Origin: a bacterium
GTDB lineage: Bacteria > Krumholzibacteriota > Krumholzibacteriia > LZORAL124-64-63
DNA: 64,000 bases
NCBI GenBank assembly: GCA_031441465.1
Contig: JANOEP010000016.1
Span: 129,301-193,300 of the forward strand
Direction: 5' to 3'
In this document: positions 9,229 to 19,986 of the stretch, in pieces
How positions within the stretch are numbered: position 1 is the first letter of the stretch
How the letters are laid out: each line of letters opens with the position of its first letter
Program-made: the position numbers and the translations under genes
The notes under the pieces: generated by a model
Database searches by the model: none
Seen by the model: the letters and a program-made list of their open reading frames with translations, nothing else
Told to the model about the DNA's origin: nothing

Positions 9229-10332
9229 TCAGCGCGCGCCGGCGGAGAAGAACAGTCCGGGCAGGGCGTCGCCCGCGAAGTCGAAGAGCGCCAAGTTCTC
9301 CACCGGACTGCCCGCGGATCCGGGCACGACCGTCCAGGCCGGCTCCCAGGCGATCACCGCCGCGCCGAGGCCGTCGGGCAACCCTTCGACGCTGTCGTAC
9401 AGATCCGCCAGGAAGCGGCGCTGCCCTTCGGGCGTCGCCTGGTAGCCCTCGTGCAGCTGCTCGGCGAGCCCCATCACGTTGTGCGTGTCGTCGGCCCAGC
9501 CCAGCGTCCACGGGTAGGCGGTCTCGACGACCATCACCGGCTTGCCGTAACGCTGCGCGAGATCTGCGAGGTTGGCTCCGAGCTGCTCCAGCGTACCGTG
9601 CCACCACGGGTAGAACGAGACGCCGATCGCGTCGAAGGGCACGCCTGCCTCGACCAGGTGGTCGAAGAAGCGGCGGCCGGCCGCCTTCTCTCCGCCGCCG
9701 GCGATGTGCAGGACGATCTGCGGCAGCGAGTCCGCCGGCGCGGCGTCGCGCACCCCCGCGGCCGCCGCCACGAGCAGTGCCGTCAGTCGCGACCACTGTG
9801 CCGGCGTGTCCCAGGCGCTCCGTCCCGCGCCCACGCGCCCCAGATCCCAAAGCAGACCTTTGTCGATCTCGTTGCCGAGCTGGATGCGCTCCGGCAGGGC
9901 GCCGGCGTCGCGGAACGCCCGCACCACGCCGGCGGTGTAGGAGCGCACCGAGTCGGCGAGCGCTGCTTGGGAGAGTCCGACCCAAGCCGCCGGCGGGTCC
10001 TGCCGGCCGGGATCGGCCCAGGTATCGGAGTAGTGCAGGTCGAGCAGGATCTCGAAGCCGGCCGCGCGGACCCGCCGCGCGAAGGCGACAACGGCGGGCA
10101 GGCTGTCGAGGGAGTCGGCGGGCGCGTGCCACAGGCGCAGGCGCACGAGGCGGTAGCCGGCGTCGTGGAAGATCACGAGGGGGTCGCGGGCGACGCCGTC
10201 GACGCGGTAGATCGCGCCGGCGGTTTCCAGGTGCGGGAGCGAGGAGATGTCGGCGCCGGCGAGCGGCGCGGCGGCGGCGATGCTCGAGCAGAGGCAACCC
10301 AGCAGCAGGACTATCGCGCAGACGCGTGTCAC
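9229..10332 (-). CDS. GH53 arabinogalactan endo-beta-1,4-galactanase (secreted)
   Basis: [36 protein letters not shown] and VVETAYP motifs; GTG start overlaps the carB stop. Confidence 0.9.
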   Translation of the reverse strand: MTRVCAIVLLLGCLCSSIAAAAPLAGADISSLPHLETAGAIYRVDGVARDPLVIFHDAGYRLVRLRLWHAPADSLDSLPAVVAFARRVRAAGFEILLDLHYSDTWADPGRQDPPAAWVGLSQAALADSVRSYTAGVVRAFRDAGALPERIQLGNEIDKGLLWDLGRVGAGRSAWDTPAQWSRLTALLVAAAAGVRDAAPADSLPQIVLHIAGGGEKAAGRRFFDHLVEAGVPFDAIGVSFYPWWHGTLEQLGANLADLAQRYGKPVMVVETAYPWTLGWADDTHNVMGLAEQLHEGYQATPEGQRRFLADLYDSVEGLPDGLGAAVIAWEPAWTVVPGSAGSPVENLALFDFAGDALPGLFFSAGAR

Positions 10333-13300
10333 GTACCCGCCTCCGTTGCAGCGCCGTGATGCTCCTGCAACGACCGCACCCGCAACTCCCTGTCCCGCAG
10401 CGCCCTGATCCCCGCGACCGCCGCCTGCGCCGCCGACATCGTCGTCAGCAGCGGCACCCGGTGGCGCACCGCGGCGGCGTACATCGCAGCCTGGTCCGCG
10501 TGGGCCTGCTGCCCCAGCGGCGTGTTCAGGATGAGATCGACCGCTCCCTCCTCGATCAGCTGCACGGTGGTGCGCCCCGCACGCCCGGCCTTCGGTGCCA
10601 CGGTCACCGGCAACCCCACACGCCGCAGAGCGTCGGCCGTGCCCTCGGTGGCGAACAGCGCGAAGCCCATGCGGTGCAAATCGCGGGCGACCTTCAGGGC
10701 AGCGGACTTGTCGTAGTCGTTGACGGTCAGCAGCACGCTGCCGGTCTTCGGCAGCACGACGCCGGCGGCCAGCTCGGCCTTGGCGAAGGCGTGCCCGAAG
10801 TGCGAGGCGTGGCCCATGACCTCGCCGGTGGAGCGCATTTCTGGGCTCAGGCGCACGTCCGCGCCGGGCAGCTTGTCGAAGGGCATGACCGCTTCCTTCA
10901 CGAAGAAGCCGTCGACCCGGGGCGTGGCGACGAAGCCGAGCTCCGCGAGCGTGCGGCCCGCCTGCACCCGCGCCGCCAGGCCGGCGACGGGCGCGCCGGT
11001 CGCCTTGCAGACGAAGGGCACCGTGCGGCTGGCCCGCGGGTTCACCTCCAGCACGTAGACGACGTCGTCCTTGATGGCGAACTGGACGTTCATCAGACCG
11101 CGCACGCCGAGCGCGCGGCCGAGGGTCTCGGTGTACTCGCGCACGATGTCCAGGTGGTACTGGCTGATCTTGAAGGGTGGCAGCACGCAGGCGCTGTCGC
11201 CGGAATGGACGCCCGCCTCCTCGATGTGCTGCATGATCCCCGCCACGACCACGCGCTCGCCGTCGGCCAGCGCGTCGACGTCCACCTCGAAGGCGTCCTC
11301 CAGGTACTGGTCCACCAGGATCGGTCCTCCGTCGGCGGCCCGCAGGGCCGCGGCGAGGAAGCGTCCGAGCTGCTCGTCGTCGTACGCGACGGCCATTGCG
11401 CGCCCCCCCAGCACGAACGACGGTCGCACCAGCACCGGGTAGCCGAGCCGCCGGGCGATCGCCAGGGCCTCGTCGCCGTCGCGGGCCATCCCCCAGGCGG
11501 GGCAGTCGATGTTCAGCTCTCGCAGCAGAGCGCCGAAGCGGCCGCGGTCCTCGGCCAGGGCGATCGCGTCGGGCGGCGTGCCCCAGATCGGCGCACCAGC
11601 GGCGGCCAGACCCGCGGTCAGATTGACCGGCGTCTGACCGCCGAACTGCACGATGACGCCGTCGGGGCGCTCCAGCTCGATCACGTTCAGCACGTCCTCG
11701 TGCGTCACCGGCTCGAAGTAGAGGCGGTCGGCGGTGTCGTAGTCGGTGCTGACGGTCTCGGGGTTGCAGTTGACCATGATCGTCTCGTAGCCCAGCGCTG
11801 AGAGGGCCCAGCAGGCCTGCACGCAGCAGAAGTCGAACTCCAGGCCCTGGCCGATGCGGTTGGGCCCGCCGCCCAGGACCACGACCTTCGGCCGCGTCGA
11901 CGGCGCCGCCTCGCAGCCGCGCTCGTAGCACGAGTAGAGGTAGGGCGTGCGGGCCGCGAACTCCGCGGCGCAGGTGTCGACGCGGTAGTAGGACGGCACG
12001 ACGCCCAGCCCGGTCCTCAGCGCCCGCACCGCGGCCGGCTCCAGCCCGCGCAGGCGGCCGATCTGAGTGTCGGCGTAGCCCAGCCGCTTGGCCGCGCGCA
12101 GCAGGTCCGCGTCCAGGGCGGGCGCATCTCGCAGCTCGACCTCGAAGTCCAGCAGGCGCACGAGCTGCGCCGTGAACCAGGGATCGTAGCCGGCGTCGGC
12201 CGCGGCCAGCGCGCCGGCGGCGCGGTCGGCCCCCAGCAGGGCGGCCAGGTGGAAGAGGCGGTCGGCGGTCGGCAGCCGTGCGGCCTGCGGGTCCGGCGCG
12301 TAGCGGGCGGACAGGTCCGCGCCGAACCCGTCGAGCCCGATCTCCAGGCTGCGGATCGCCTTGTTCAGCGCCGCGGGGAAGGTGCGGCCGATGGCCATCG
12401 CCTCGCCCACGCTCTTCATCTGCGGCCCGAGGGTCGCGTCCACGCCGGGGAACTTCTCGAAGTTCCAGCGCGGGATCTTCACCACGCAGAAGTCGAGGCT
12501 GGGCTCGAAGCTGGCGGGTGTGACGCCCGTGATGTCGTTGGTGATCTCGTCGAGGGTGTAGCCGACGGCGATCAGGGCCGCCAGCTTGGCGATGGGAAAG
12601 CCGGTCGCCTTGCTGGCCAGGGCCGAGGAGCGCGAGACGCGCGGGTTCATCTCGATGACCATGGTCTCGCCGGTGCGCGGGTCGACCGCGAACTGGACGT
12701 TGCTGCCGCCGGTCTCGACGCCCACGGCGTTGGTGACGCGGCGCGCGAGGTCGCGCAGATCCTGCAGCTCGACGTCGGTGAGCGTCTGGGCGGGCGCCAC
12801 GGTGATGCTGTCGCCGGTGTGCACGCCCATCGGGTCGAGGTTCTCGATCGTGCAGACCACGACGAAGTTGCCGGCCCCGTCGCGCATCACCTCCAGCTCG
12901 AACTCCTTCCAGCCCAGCAGCGACCGCTCGACCAGCACCTCGCCGACCGGGCTCTGCCGCAGCCCGTGCGCGACGGCCGCCTGCAGCTCCGCGAGGTCGC
13001 GGGCGACGCCGCCGCCGGCGCCGCCGAGGGTGCGCGAGGCGCGCACCAGGGCGGGGAAGCCCACCTCGCGGGCGGCGTCGGCCACCTCGTCGACCGCGCG
13101 CACGAAGCGGCTGACCGGCACCGGCAAGCCGGCCTCGAGCATGGCGGCCTTGAACCGGGAGCGGTCCTCGGCGGTGCGGATCGCCTCGAGGCGGGCGCCG
13201 ATCAGCTCCACCCCGAACCTTTCCAGCGTGCCGCGCTCGGCCAGCTCCACGGCCAGGTTGAGCGCCGTCTGGCCGCCCACGGTCGGTAGTAACGCGTCGG

Positions 13301-13547
13301 GCCGCTCGCGCTCGATGATCCGCTCCAGGAAGCCGTCGGTCAGCGGCTCGATGTAGGTGGCGTCGGCCAGCTCGGGGTCGGTCATGATCGTCGCTGGGTT
13401 CGAGTTCGCCAGCACGACGCGGTAGCCCTCGGCGCGCAGGGCCTTGCAGGCCTGCACGCCCGAGTAGTCGAACTCGCAGCCCTGGCCGATGGCGATCGGC
13501 CCGGCGCCCACGATCAGGATGGTCCGCAGGTCGTCACGCCTGGGCAT
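10329..13547 (-). CDS. carB: Carbamoyl-phosphate synthase large subunit
   Basis: [42 protein letters not shown], duplicated ATP-grasp halves, MGS domain. Confidence 0.97.
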   Translation of the reverse strand: MPRRDDLRTILIVGAGPIAIGQGCEFDYSGVQACKALRAEGYRVVLANSNPATIMTDPELADATYIEPLTDGFLERIIERERPDALLPTVGGQTALNLAVELAERGTLERFGVELIGARLEAIRTAEDRSRFKAAMLEAGLPVPVSRFVRAVDEVADAAREVGFPALVRASRTLGGAGGGVARDLAELQAAVAHGLRQSPVGEVLVERSLLGWKEFELEVMRDGAGNFVVVCTIENLDPMGVHTGDSITVAPAQTLTDVELQDLRDLARRVTNAVGVETGGSNVQFAVDPRTGETMVIEMNPRVSRSSALASKATGFPIAKLAALIAVGYTLDEITNDITGVTPASFEPSLDFCVVKIPRWNFEKFPGVDATLGPQMKSVGEAMAIGRTFPAALNKAIRSLEIGLDGFGADLSARYAPDPQAARLPTADRLFHLAALLGADRAAGALAAADAGYDPWFTAQLVRLLDFEVELRDAPALDADLLRAAKRLGYADTQIGRLRGLEPAAVRALRTGLGVVPSYYRVDTCAAEFAARTPYLYSCYERGCEAAPSTRPKVVVLGGGPNRIGQGLEFDFCCVQACWALSALGYETIMVNCNPETVSTDYDTADRLYFEPVTHEDVLNVIELERPDGVIVQFGGQTPVNLTAGLAAAGAPIWGTPPDAIALAEDRGRFGALLRELNIDCPAWGMARDGDEALAIARRLGYPVLVRPSFVLGGRAMAVAYDDEQLGRFLAAALRAADGGPILVDQYLEDAFEVDVDALADGERVVVAGIMQHIEEAGVHSGDSACVLPPFKISQYHLDIVREYTETLGRALGVRGLMNVQFAIKDDVVYVLEVNPRASRTVPFVCKATGAPVAGLAARVQAGRTLAELGFVATPRVDGFFVKEAVMPFDKLPGADVRLSPEMRSTGEVMGHASHFGHAFAKAELAAGVVLPKTGSVLLTVNDYDKSAALKVARDLHRMGFALFATEGTADALRRVGLPVTVAPKAGRAGRTTVQLIEEGAVDLILNTPLGQQAHADQAAMYAAAVRHRVPLLTTMSAAQAAVAGIRALRDRELRVRSLQEHHGAATEAGT

Positions 13548-14646
13548 GGCCGGCCTCCCCGTGAGAGGCCGCCATCAGGGCGACGAAATCGTCGAAGTGC
13601 CGCAGCGAGTCGCGCGGTCCCGGCGCGCTCTCGGGATGGTACTGCACCGCGAAGGCCCGCAGCGCCGGCGCGGCCAAGCCCTCGCAGCAGCCGTCGTTCA
13701 GGTTGACCAGGGTGACCGCGGCGCCGTCGGGCAGCGTGGCGGGGTCGACGGCGAAGCCGTGGTTGTGGGCGGAGATCTCCACGCGGCCGCCGGCCGGCGC
13801 GCGCACGGGCTGGTTCCCGCCGCGGTGACCGAACTTCAGCTTGTACGTCTGCGCCCCCAGGGCCAGCGCCAGGATCTGGTGCCCGAGGCAGATGCCGAAG
13901 ATCGGCACGCGCCCCAGCAGCTCCCGCACCGCGGCGATCGCCGCGGTCACCGCCGCCGGGTCGCCCGGCCCGTTGGACAGGAAGACCCCGTCGGGCATCA
14001 GGGCTAGCGCTTCGGTGGCCGTCGTGTCCGCGGGCACGACCGTGACGCGGCAATCGCGCGCCGCCAGCTGCCGCAGGATGCTGTGCTTGATCCCGAAGTC
14101 GTAGGCGACCACGTGACGGCGGCCGGTGCCGTTCCAGGCGTACGGCCGCGCACAGGTGACCTCGCGGGCGAGATCGAGACCGCTCATGTCGCGCGCCGCG
14201 CGGGCCAGGGCGATCAGGCGCGCGGGATCGGGGTCGGCGGTCGACAGCGAGGCGCGCATCGCGCCCCGCTCGCGGATGTGCCGCACCAGGGCGCGGGTCT
14301 CCACACCGGTGATCGCGGGCCGGCCGTGCTCGCGCAGCCAGCCGTCGAGGTCGCGCCCTGCTCGCCAGCTGCTGACCACCGGGCTGATATCGCGCACGAC
14401 CAGGGCGGCGGCCCACACGCGGCCGCTCTCGCCGTCCTGGTCGTTGACGCCCGTGTTGCCGACGTGGGGGCAGGTCAGAGTCACCAGCTGGCCGTGGTAG
14501 GAGGGATCGGTGAGGATCTCCTGGTAGCCGGCGAGGCTGGTGTTGAAGACGATCTCGCCGACGGCGTCGGCGCTGGCGCCGAAGCCGAGGCCGGGCCAGG
14601 TCGAGCCATCCTCGAGGGTGAGCAGGGCGGGGGAGAAGCCGGTCAT
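13534..14646 (-). CDS. carA: Carbamoyl-phosphate synthase small subunit
   Basis: [38 protein letters not shown] and QYHPE motifs. Confidence 0.95.
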   Translation of the reverse strand: MTGFSPALLTLEDGSTWPGLGFGASADAVGEIVFNTSLAGYQEILTDPSYHGQLVTLTCPHVGNTGVNDQDGESGRVWAAALVVRDISPVVSSWRAGRDLDGWLREHGRPAITGVETRALVRHIRERGAMRASLSTADPDPARLIALARAARDMSGLDLAREVTCARPYAWNGTGRRHVVAYDFGIKHSILRQLAARDCRVTVVPADTTATEALALMPDGVFLSNGPGDPAAVTAAIAAVRELLGRVPIFGICLGHQILALALGAQTYKLKFGHRGGNQPVRAPAGGRVEISAHNHGFAVDPATLPDGAAVTLVNLNDGCCEGLAAPALRAFAVQYHPESAPGPRDSLRHFDDFVALMAASHGEAGHAQA

Positions 14647-14755
14647 GGAACGTCCCGTCGCGCTGGGTCGCGCGCTGGTCCGCACGTCGGGGGGGCAGGA
14701 ACCCACGCGACCCGTTCGGGTCAAGACGGATACCCCGCTCCCAGAGGAAAAGCCA

Positions 14756-14786
14756 GGGGAGATTGCGCCGTGGCGCGAATCTCCCC
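14756..14786 (-). terminator. Probable intrinsic terminator after the porin gene
   Basis: ggggagattgcgcc-gt-ggcgcgaatctcccc hairpin followed on the minus strand by tggctttt. Confidence 0.55.
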
Positions 14787-14797
14787 CCAACCGACTG

Positions 14798-15916
14798 CTA
14801 GAGCTTGAACTGGTACTGAAGGCGGACGACTGTCTGGCCCGCTGCGGACCCCGCGAGCAGCCCGGAACCGGTGTTGGCGACCGGGATGCGGTCCAGGGCG
14901 CGGACCAGGTCCAGGGTCCAGCGGGAGGACTGGCCGTCGCGGTACCAGTTGACGCCCAGGGTGGCGATGTCCAGGGCCTCGTCGTCGACCGTCGCGGTGG
15001 CACCCGAAACGCCGGCGCCCTTGTTGCGGTGGTAGACGCCGTCGAAGTCCAGGTGTTCCCAGCGGCCGAACGCGTCCCAGGATCCCGGCACGATGCACAC
15101 CGAGCCCTGGGCCACCAGGGCCGTCTGGTCGGCGATCGCCGCGCCATGGGAGCCGTCCAGGCTCTGCATGATCACGGCGGCGAAGAGGCTGTAGCCGGGG
15201 CCGCCGACCGCCACGTCGGCGCTGGCCTTCAAAACGTCGGGGTCCACGCCCTGCTCGAAGTCCGCAGACACGCCCAGCAGGACGGCCGTGCCCGCGTCCG
15301 GCAGGGCGCGGAAGTCGGCGCAGCGCTTGCGGTCCCCGCGCAGGGCGAACTCGCCGCGCGCGGCCAGCGCGATGTCGGTGCGGTCGCCGCCGAGGTCGGT
15401 GCCGGCAGAGTAGGAGCCGTCGTGCAGGGCCACGGCCACCCGCGAGCGCGCGAACTCGCGCATCAGCGCCGCGCCCTCGGCGTAGTCCACGGTGAAGTAG
15501 TCGGCGGTGTAGGAGCGCTCGGCGGCCAGCTGGTCGGTGCTGCCGACGTTCTCCTCGCGCAGGAACTCGGGCTTGAACTGGCCGACCCGCAGGCGCCACA
15601 GCTGCGGCAGCGCGAGGTCTGCGTAGGCGTACTCGATCTCGATCCCGCCGGAGGCGCGGTCGGCGCCCACCATGAAGCGGCCGCTCATGCGCCCGTCCTC
15701 GGACTTGGCGCGCACGTCCAGGCGCGCGGTCCGCACCTGCACCCCGCCCTCGTTCCCGGGGTTGCCACCGGGCTCGTCGAGATGGGACAGCATGGCGCGC
15801 AGCTGCGTCTCGAGCCCGTACTTGAGCGTCGGCCCCTCGCCGGCGACAGCCGGCAGCGCGATCGCGGCGACCAGCGCCAGGGTCATGATCGGTCCGTGAA
15901 TCCGCCGCAGCACCAT
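14798..15916 (-). CDS. Outer-membrane porin, OprO/OprP (phosphate-selective)-like
   Basis: Signal peptide; [20 protein letters not shown] and TLGVNWY motifs; C-terminal QYQFKL beta-strand. Confidence 0.75.
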   Translation of the reverse strand: MVLRRIHGPIMTLALVAAIALPAVAGEGPTLKYGLETQLRAMLSHLDEPGGNPGNEGGVQVRTARLDVRAKSEDGRMSGRFMVGADRASGGIEIEYAYADLALPQLWRLRVGQFKPEFLREENVGSTDQLAAERSYTADYFTVDYAEGAALMREFARSRVAVALHDGSYSAGTDLGGDRTDIALAARGEFALRGDRKRCADFRALPDAGTAVLLGVSADFEQGVDPDVLKASADVAVGGPGYSLFAAVIMQSLDGSHGAAIADQTALVAQGSVCIVPGSWDAFGRWEHLDFDGVYHRNKGAGVSGATATVDDEALDIATLGVNWYRDGQSSRWTLDLVRALDRIPVANTGSGLLAGSAAGQTVVRLQYQFKL

Positions 15917-15995
15917 GGTCTCGTCCTTCCGTCCGGGATGGGTCGGCGCCGGAACGCGCCGCCGTTCTCAGGTCCCATGTCTCGTTGTCTAGCAT

Positions 15996-16013
15996 GTGAT
16001 ATTCCCATGAAAA
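15996..16013 (-). promoter_or_regulatory. Pho-box-like 11-bp-spaced direct repeat upstream of the porin
   Basis: Minus strand reads TTTTCAT-GGGA-ATATCAC, similar to the repeat upstream of phoB. Confidence 0.4.
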
Positions 16014-16022
16014 AGACACTCA

Positions 16023-16035
16023 CAACTTGTTGATT
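16023..16035 (-). promoter_or_regulatory. IHF consensus site
   Basis: Minus strand AATCAACAAGTTG matches WATCAANNNNTTR inside an AT-rich divergent intergenic region. Confidence 0.5.
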
Positions 16036-16261
16036 TTCAATGAAACGACCTTCGGTCAACGCACATCTTGATCAAATATGGCGGCCGAATCCGTCGTATA
16101 TGATGGATATACCGTGCATTATCGCGGTATCGGGTGATGCCTTCCGGCCGGCATCAACGGAAAACGTTCAATCATCACCTCCCAGGGCCGATCACTACTA
16201 CCAGTCGGCGAGCACGCCCACGAGGGGCTTGAACCTGTCCCGATGACGGAGGTGGACCCGG

Positions 16262-16723
16262 ATGGAGGAAGTGAAATGGAATGCCGCCCTGAGTATCGGC
16301 GTCGAAGCGGTCGACGATCAGCATAAGCAGCTGTTTGCCATCGTCAGGGAATTGCAGGACGCCATCGCTCTGAGCAAGGGTCAGAAGCGGATGCACCAGC
16401 TCCTGGAGAAGCTCATCGTCTACACCGAGACGCATTTCCGGGACGAGGAAGCCTACATGGATGAGATCGGTTATCCCGCTCTGGAGAATCACCGGCACGA
16501 GCACGAGCAACTCGTGCAGAAAGTCCGCCGCTTCCAGAGGCGCCTCGAGATGGAACGAATCAGCATGCCGGTGCTGGAATTCCTGATCAACTGGGTCGGG
16601 CACCACATCATGACGTCGGACCAGGAGATCGGTCGCTACGCCAGGGGCTGTTCCGGGGCCGAGGCCGTGGCCGATGAAGTGGTCGAGGACGAGGTGACCA
16701 GCCCGGCCGGATCCAGCCTGTAA
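16262..16723 (+). CDS. Bacteriohemerythrin
   Basis: VDDQHKQL, THFRDEEAYM, HRHEH and WVGHHIMTSD iron ligands; GGAGG RBS. Confidence 0.92.
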   Translation: MEEVKWNAALSIGVEAVDDQHKQLFAIVRELQDAIALSKGQKRMHQLLEKLIVYTETHFRDEEAYMDEIGYPALENHRHEHEQLVQKVRRFQRRLEMERISMPVLEFLINWVGHHIMTSDQEIGRYARGCSGAEAVADEVVEDEVTSPAGSSL

Positions 16724-17454
16724 AGACCCTGCAACTGCGCGTAGAGGTCGGCGTGCCGGCGGCGCAGCGCGACGGGGTCCTCGAAGAAGCTCTCGGTCGC
16801 CACCGCGAAGAACTCCGACGGGTCTTCGGCGCCGTATGTGTCCAGCACCGTGGGCCGCCTCTTGTCCGCATCCGACTGCAGCTTCTGGTAGGCTTCGGCG
16901 AACACCCGCGCCCATTCCGCATGACCCGACGCCAGGCGGGGCGTGCCGTCGGCCTCACCGGTCTCCTGGTCCAGCTGGTGGGCGAACTCGTGCAGCACGA
17001 CGTGGCGCCCGTCGCGCCCCCGCCGGGCGTCGTGGAGCACCTCGTCCCAGGCCAGCACGACCGCGCCGGTGTCCCAAGCCTCGCCGTCCATCGAGTCGTC
17101 GTACTCGTTGACCAGCCCCGTCTCGTCCTCCTCCGCGATCTGCGCCACGAAGGTCGTCGGGTAGAGCAGCACCGAGTGCAGCCGCGGGTAGACGCCGGTC
17201 TCGCGCCCCAGCAGCAGCAGGCAGGCGGTGCCGGCGATCGTCACGCGCATCTCGTCGGTCAGCGCCAGCCCGCCGCAGCCTTCGAAGTTCTTCTCGGCCA
17301 GGAAGACCTGCGCCAGACCCAGCAACTCGGCGCGGCCGTCGGGGGGCAGGTGCCGCCAAAAGGGGACGTTCTTCTCGATGATGGCAAGCCGGTCGGCGGG
17401 GAAGGGCTGCGCCCGCAGCTTGGCGTGACGACGGCGCTTGAAGAAGTCCAGCAT
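16636..17454 (-). CDS. MtfA-like zinc-dependent peptidase (M90 family)
   Basis: FLAEKNFEGCGGL, HEFAHQLD and EFFAVATESFFE motifs. Confidence 0.9.
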   Translation of the reverse strand: MLDFFKRRRHAKLRAQPFPADRLAIIEKNVPFWRHLPPDGRAELLGLAQVFLAEKNFEGCGGLALTDEMRVTIAGTACLLLLGRETGVYPRLHSVLLYPTTFVAQIAEEDETGLVNEYDDSMDGEAWDTGAVVLAWDEVLHDARRGRDGRHVVLHEFAHQLDQETGEADGTPRLASGHAEWARVFAEAYQKLQSDADKRRPTVLDTYGAEDPSEFFAVATESFFEDPVALRRRHADLYAQLQGLYRLDPAGLVTSSSTTSSATASAPEQPLA

Positions 17455-17529
17455 GCGGTGCCTCCGGGACGAGGAACGGGTCCGGTCATTGTCGGCCGGA
17501 CCCGTTCGATCGTCAACCGGTTGCCGGGG

Positions 17530-18807
17530 TCATTTCACGTCGTAGCAGATGACTTCCATGGGCGCGGGCTCCTCGTCGCCCTCGGGTCCGCCGGCGGCCC
17601 CCTGCGTCTGCAGGGTGACCATGGCGTCGGTGAAGCCCTTGACCACCACGAAGCGACCCTTGCCGCACTCCATCAGGGCGTCCTTGCTGCTGTCGCCGGG
17701 GCAGGCCACGCGGACCTGCTCGAGGAACTCGCCCGTCGGGGTGAACACGTCGTAGGTGGCCAGGATGCCGGCCGGCTGCTCGTGCCAGCCGCGGCTGCTC
17801 AGGACCCACAGGTTGCCGTCTCCGCCCAGCATCATGCCGTTGATCGTCTCCTCGGTCTTGGAAACCGAGTGCTCGACGGGGAAGGGGATGTTGCGCAGCT
17901 GGGCCGACATGATCGACTCGACCAGCGCGGTTTCCTCGGGCGTGCGGGTCCAGTTCACGTACTGGCGCTCGATCACGCGCTCGAGCTTGCCGTCGGGCGT
18001 GTAGACGTCGATGGCGTAGGCGTTGCGCTGCGAGGCGACGAAGACGCGGCCGTCGTTGCCGAGCACCCACTTGCGGAACTGTGGGAAGTACTCGGTCTCC
18101 TCGTCGATGACGAGCTTGCCGAACTCGTACTTGCGGGACTTGTGCGCGTAGGTCACCAGCGGCTTGCCGTCGGCCGCGTAGCTGCGGATGAAGTTGTCGC
18201 GGATCTGGAAGCCCTCGGTCTGGTTGATCGTGCTCTCGACGCCGCCGAGCACGAGTCGCCCGCTGCGGCCCTGCACGTCGGACAGCGTCAGGAACCCGCC
18301 CTCGGCGGGAGCGTCGCCGCCCGGCACGAAGGTCTTGGCCGGCGTGTCCTTGAGGTCGACGCAGACGATGCGGCCGGGGAAGGTCTGCACCAGGCCCAGC
18401 GTCCCGTCGGGCATGAAGAGCATGTCGACGGGGTAGCGCACCTCGCCGGGACCCTCGCCCTCGCGGCTGAGGGTGCGCGTGAACGCGCCCTGGCCGTCGA
18501 AGACATGAACCTGGTGGAGCTGCGTGTCCAGCAGGTAGACGTTGCCGGCGGCGTCGCCGACGACGCGGGTGATCAGGCCGAAGATGCTCTCCTCGTCGTC
18601 CGCCCCGCCGGCGCGCCAGACCTCCTTCAGGGCCAGAGTCCGCACCCCGACCGAGGGTTGAGCGCCGTTGCGGACGTGCAGCACGCCGTCGACGGTGACC
18701 TGCTCGGCGGCGAACGCCGTCCCGGCCGCCATCGGGATGCAGGAGAGCAGGAAGCAGGCGGCCAGAACGGCGGCCGGACGTGGTAAGCGGTTGCACTTGG
18801 ACATCAT
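17530..18807 (-). CDS. Secreted 6-bladed beta-propeller (NHL-like) protein
   Basis: Signal peptide; GNVYLLD..VHVFDGQG..GEGPGE repeat; YDVFTPTGEFL. Confidence 0.75.
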   Translation of the reverse strand: MMSKCNRLPRPAAVLAACFLLSCIPMAAGTAFAAEQVTVDGVLHVRNGAQPSVGVRTLALKEVWRAGGADDEESIFGLITRVVGDAAGNVYLLDTQLHQVHVFDGQGAFTRTLSREGEGPGEVRYPVDMLFMPDGTLGLVQTFPGRIVCVDLKDTPAKTFVPGGDAPAEGGFLTLSDVQGRSGRLVLGGVESTINQTEGFQIRDNFIRSYAADGKPLVTYAHKSRKYEFGKLVIDEETEYFPQFRKWVLGNDGRVFVASQRNAYAIDVYTPDGKLERVIERQYVNWTRTPEETALVESIMSAQLRNIPFPVEHSVSKTEETINGMMLGGDGNLWVLSSRGWHEQPAGILATYDVFTPTGEFLEQVRVACPGDSSKDALMECGKGRFVVVKGFTDAMVTLQTQGAAGGPEGDEEPAPMEVICYDVK

Positions 18808-18978
18808 CGGAACCTCCCGGTGTAGTGGACCGGGGCGCTCCTACGCGCCCGGCCGCCCGAGGTTGCCCCCGGGACGGAATCCTGTCAACCGGGGCGATCC
18901 CCGGCAGTTGTGGGGTCGGAGCCACCGGATACCGCCGCCACCGCCCCGAATCAAGCCACCCGAATCTCGCTTCGGTAA

Positions 18979-19008
18979 TTGACAAAGCGTGTTCTCTTGG
19001 TCTATGAT
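18979..19008 (+). promoter_or_regulatory. Sigma70-type promoter
   Basis: TTGACA-18 bp-TATGAT, about 115 bp upstream of the ATG at 19124. Confidence 0.65.
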
Positions 19009-19123
19009 CGGTCCTCGGGGGTCGGACCCGCCCACCCGCTCTCTCGCCCAACATCGTGCTGTCAGGTCCGGTCGCAGCCTTGCGTCCGGCGTTGTCGATC
19101 GTCGCACAAACGGGGGAGTCATC

Positions 19124-19819
19124 ATGAAGATCTTGAGCAAGCTGTCCGTCATCGCCCTGCTGCTGAGCGTGGCCACCGCCGCTTGGGCGGTCTGCCCAGA
19201 CGCCGTCGGCACCTTCGCCTACTACAACGGCACGCTGCTCGGCGGCCGTGTTTCGGAAGCCTGGTGCAACGGCGCCGCCGGCCAGCCGGGCAACACCGAG
19301 GACGCCCTGTCCTGGGACGGCGTTGCCCTGGGCACGCAGTGGAGGATCTGGAACCAGGCCATCGACGCCAACGGTCCGCAGCTTTTGAGCGACACCGTCA
19401 ACGGCAGCGGCAACGGCACCCGCCTCTACCGCACCTACTACGAGGGCGGCCAGTTCTGGCTTTCGAAGGACGGGGCCTGGGGCAACGGGATCGACGACCT
19501 GACGGGCTCGATCACGAGCTGCATCGTCGACGTGACGCTCACCTTCATCGGCGGCCAGATCGTCGGCGCGAACTCGAACGTCAACATGACCGGCAGCTTC
19601 GACAACTGCTCGTCCGGTTGCCTGATCGATTATGCGATCTCCAACGCCGCGCTGGTCTGGATGCCGGGGATGGGCACGATGCCCAACGGCTACCCGAGCT
19701 TCCTTTGCGGCGCCACCCTCGGCGAGCTGTTCAACGCCTGCTGCCCGCTGCTGCACATCAGCTGCGTGGTCGCCAACGAAGAGAGCGACTGGAGCTCCGT
19801 CAAGAGCCTGTACCGCTAA
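19124..19819 (+). CDS. Secreted Cys-rich hypothetical protein with C-terminal DWSSVKSLYR motif
   Basis: GGGGGAG RBS, signal peptide MKILSKLSVIALLLSVATAAWA, host-like codon usage. Confidence 0.8.
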   Translation: MKILSKLSVIALLLSVATAAWAVCPDAVGTFAYYNGTLLGGRVSEAWCNGAAGQPGNTEDALSWDGVALGTQWRIWNQAIDANGPQLLSDTVNGSGNGTRLYRTYYEGGQFWLSKDGAWGNGIDDLTGSITSCIVDVTLTFIGGQIVGANSNVNMTGSFDNCSSGCLIDYAISNAALVWMPGMGTMPNGYPSFLCGATLGELFNACCPLLHISCVVANEESDWSSVKSLYR

Positions 19820-19840
19820 ACGCTCCGCGTACCGTCGCCA

Positions 19841-19868
19841 GGGCCGCCTCCCGAACGGGAGGCGGCCC
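19841..19868 (+). terminator. Hairpin terminator
   Basis: gggccgcctccc-gaac-gggaggcggccc, 22 bp after the stop codon. Confidence 0.65.
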
Positions 19869-19986
19869 ATTCCATAGGGGGTCGCCGCGCCGATGCAACC
19901 GCGGGTGAGCGCGGTGCGTATCCCGGTTGCCGCGCGACCGGGACACCACCCGGGCGGTGTCCACGTCCGTGTCCAGGAGGCCCGTC

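Noticed and set aside
7008..11801. 1597-aa plus-strand ORF
   Set aside because: Shadow of the DUF2723, GH53 and carB genes on the minus strand; Arg/Pro/Gly-rich nonsense translation.
14647..14755. Possible pyrimidine attenuator or riboswitch upstream of carA
   Set aside because: Only a small hairpin (gacccgttcgggtc); no PyrR-binding or riboswitch consensus recognised.
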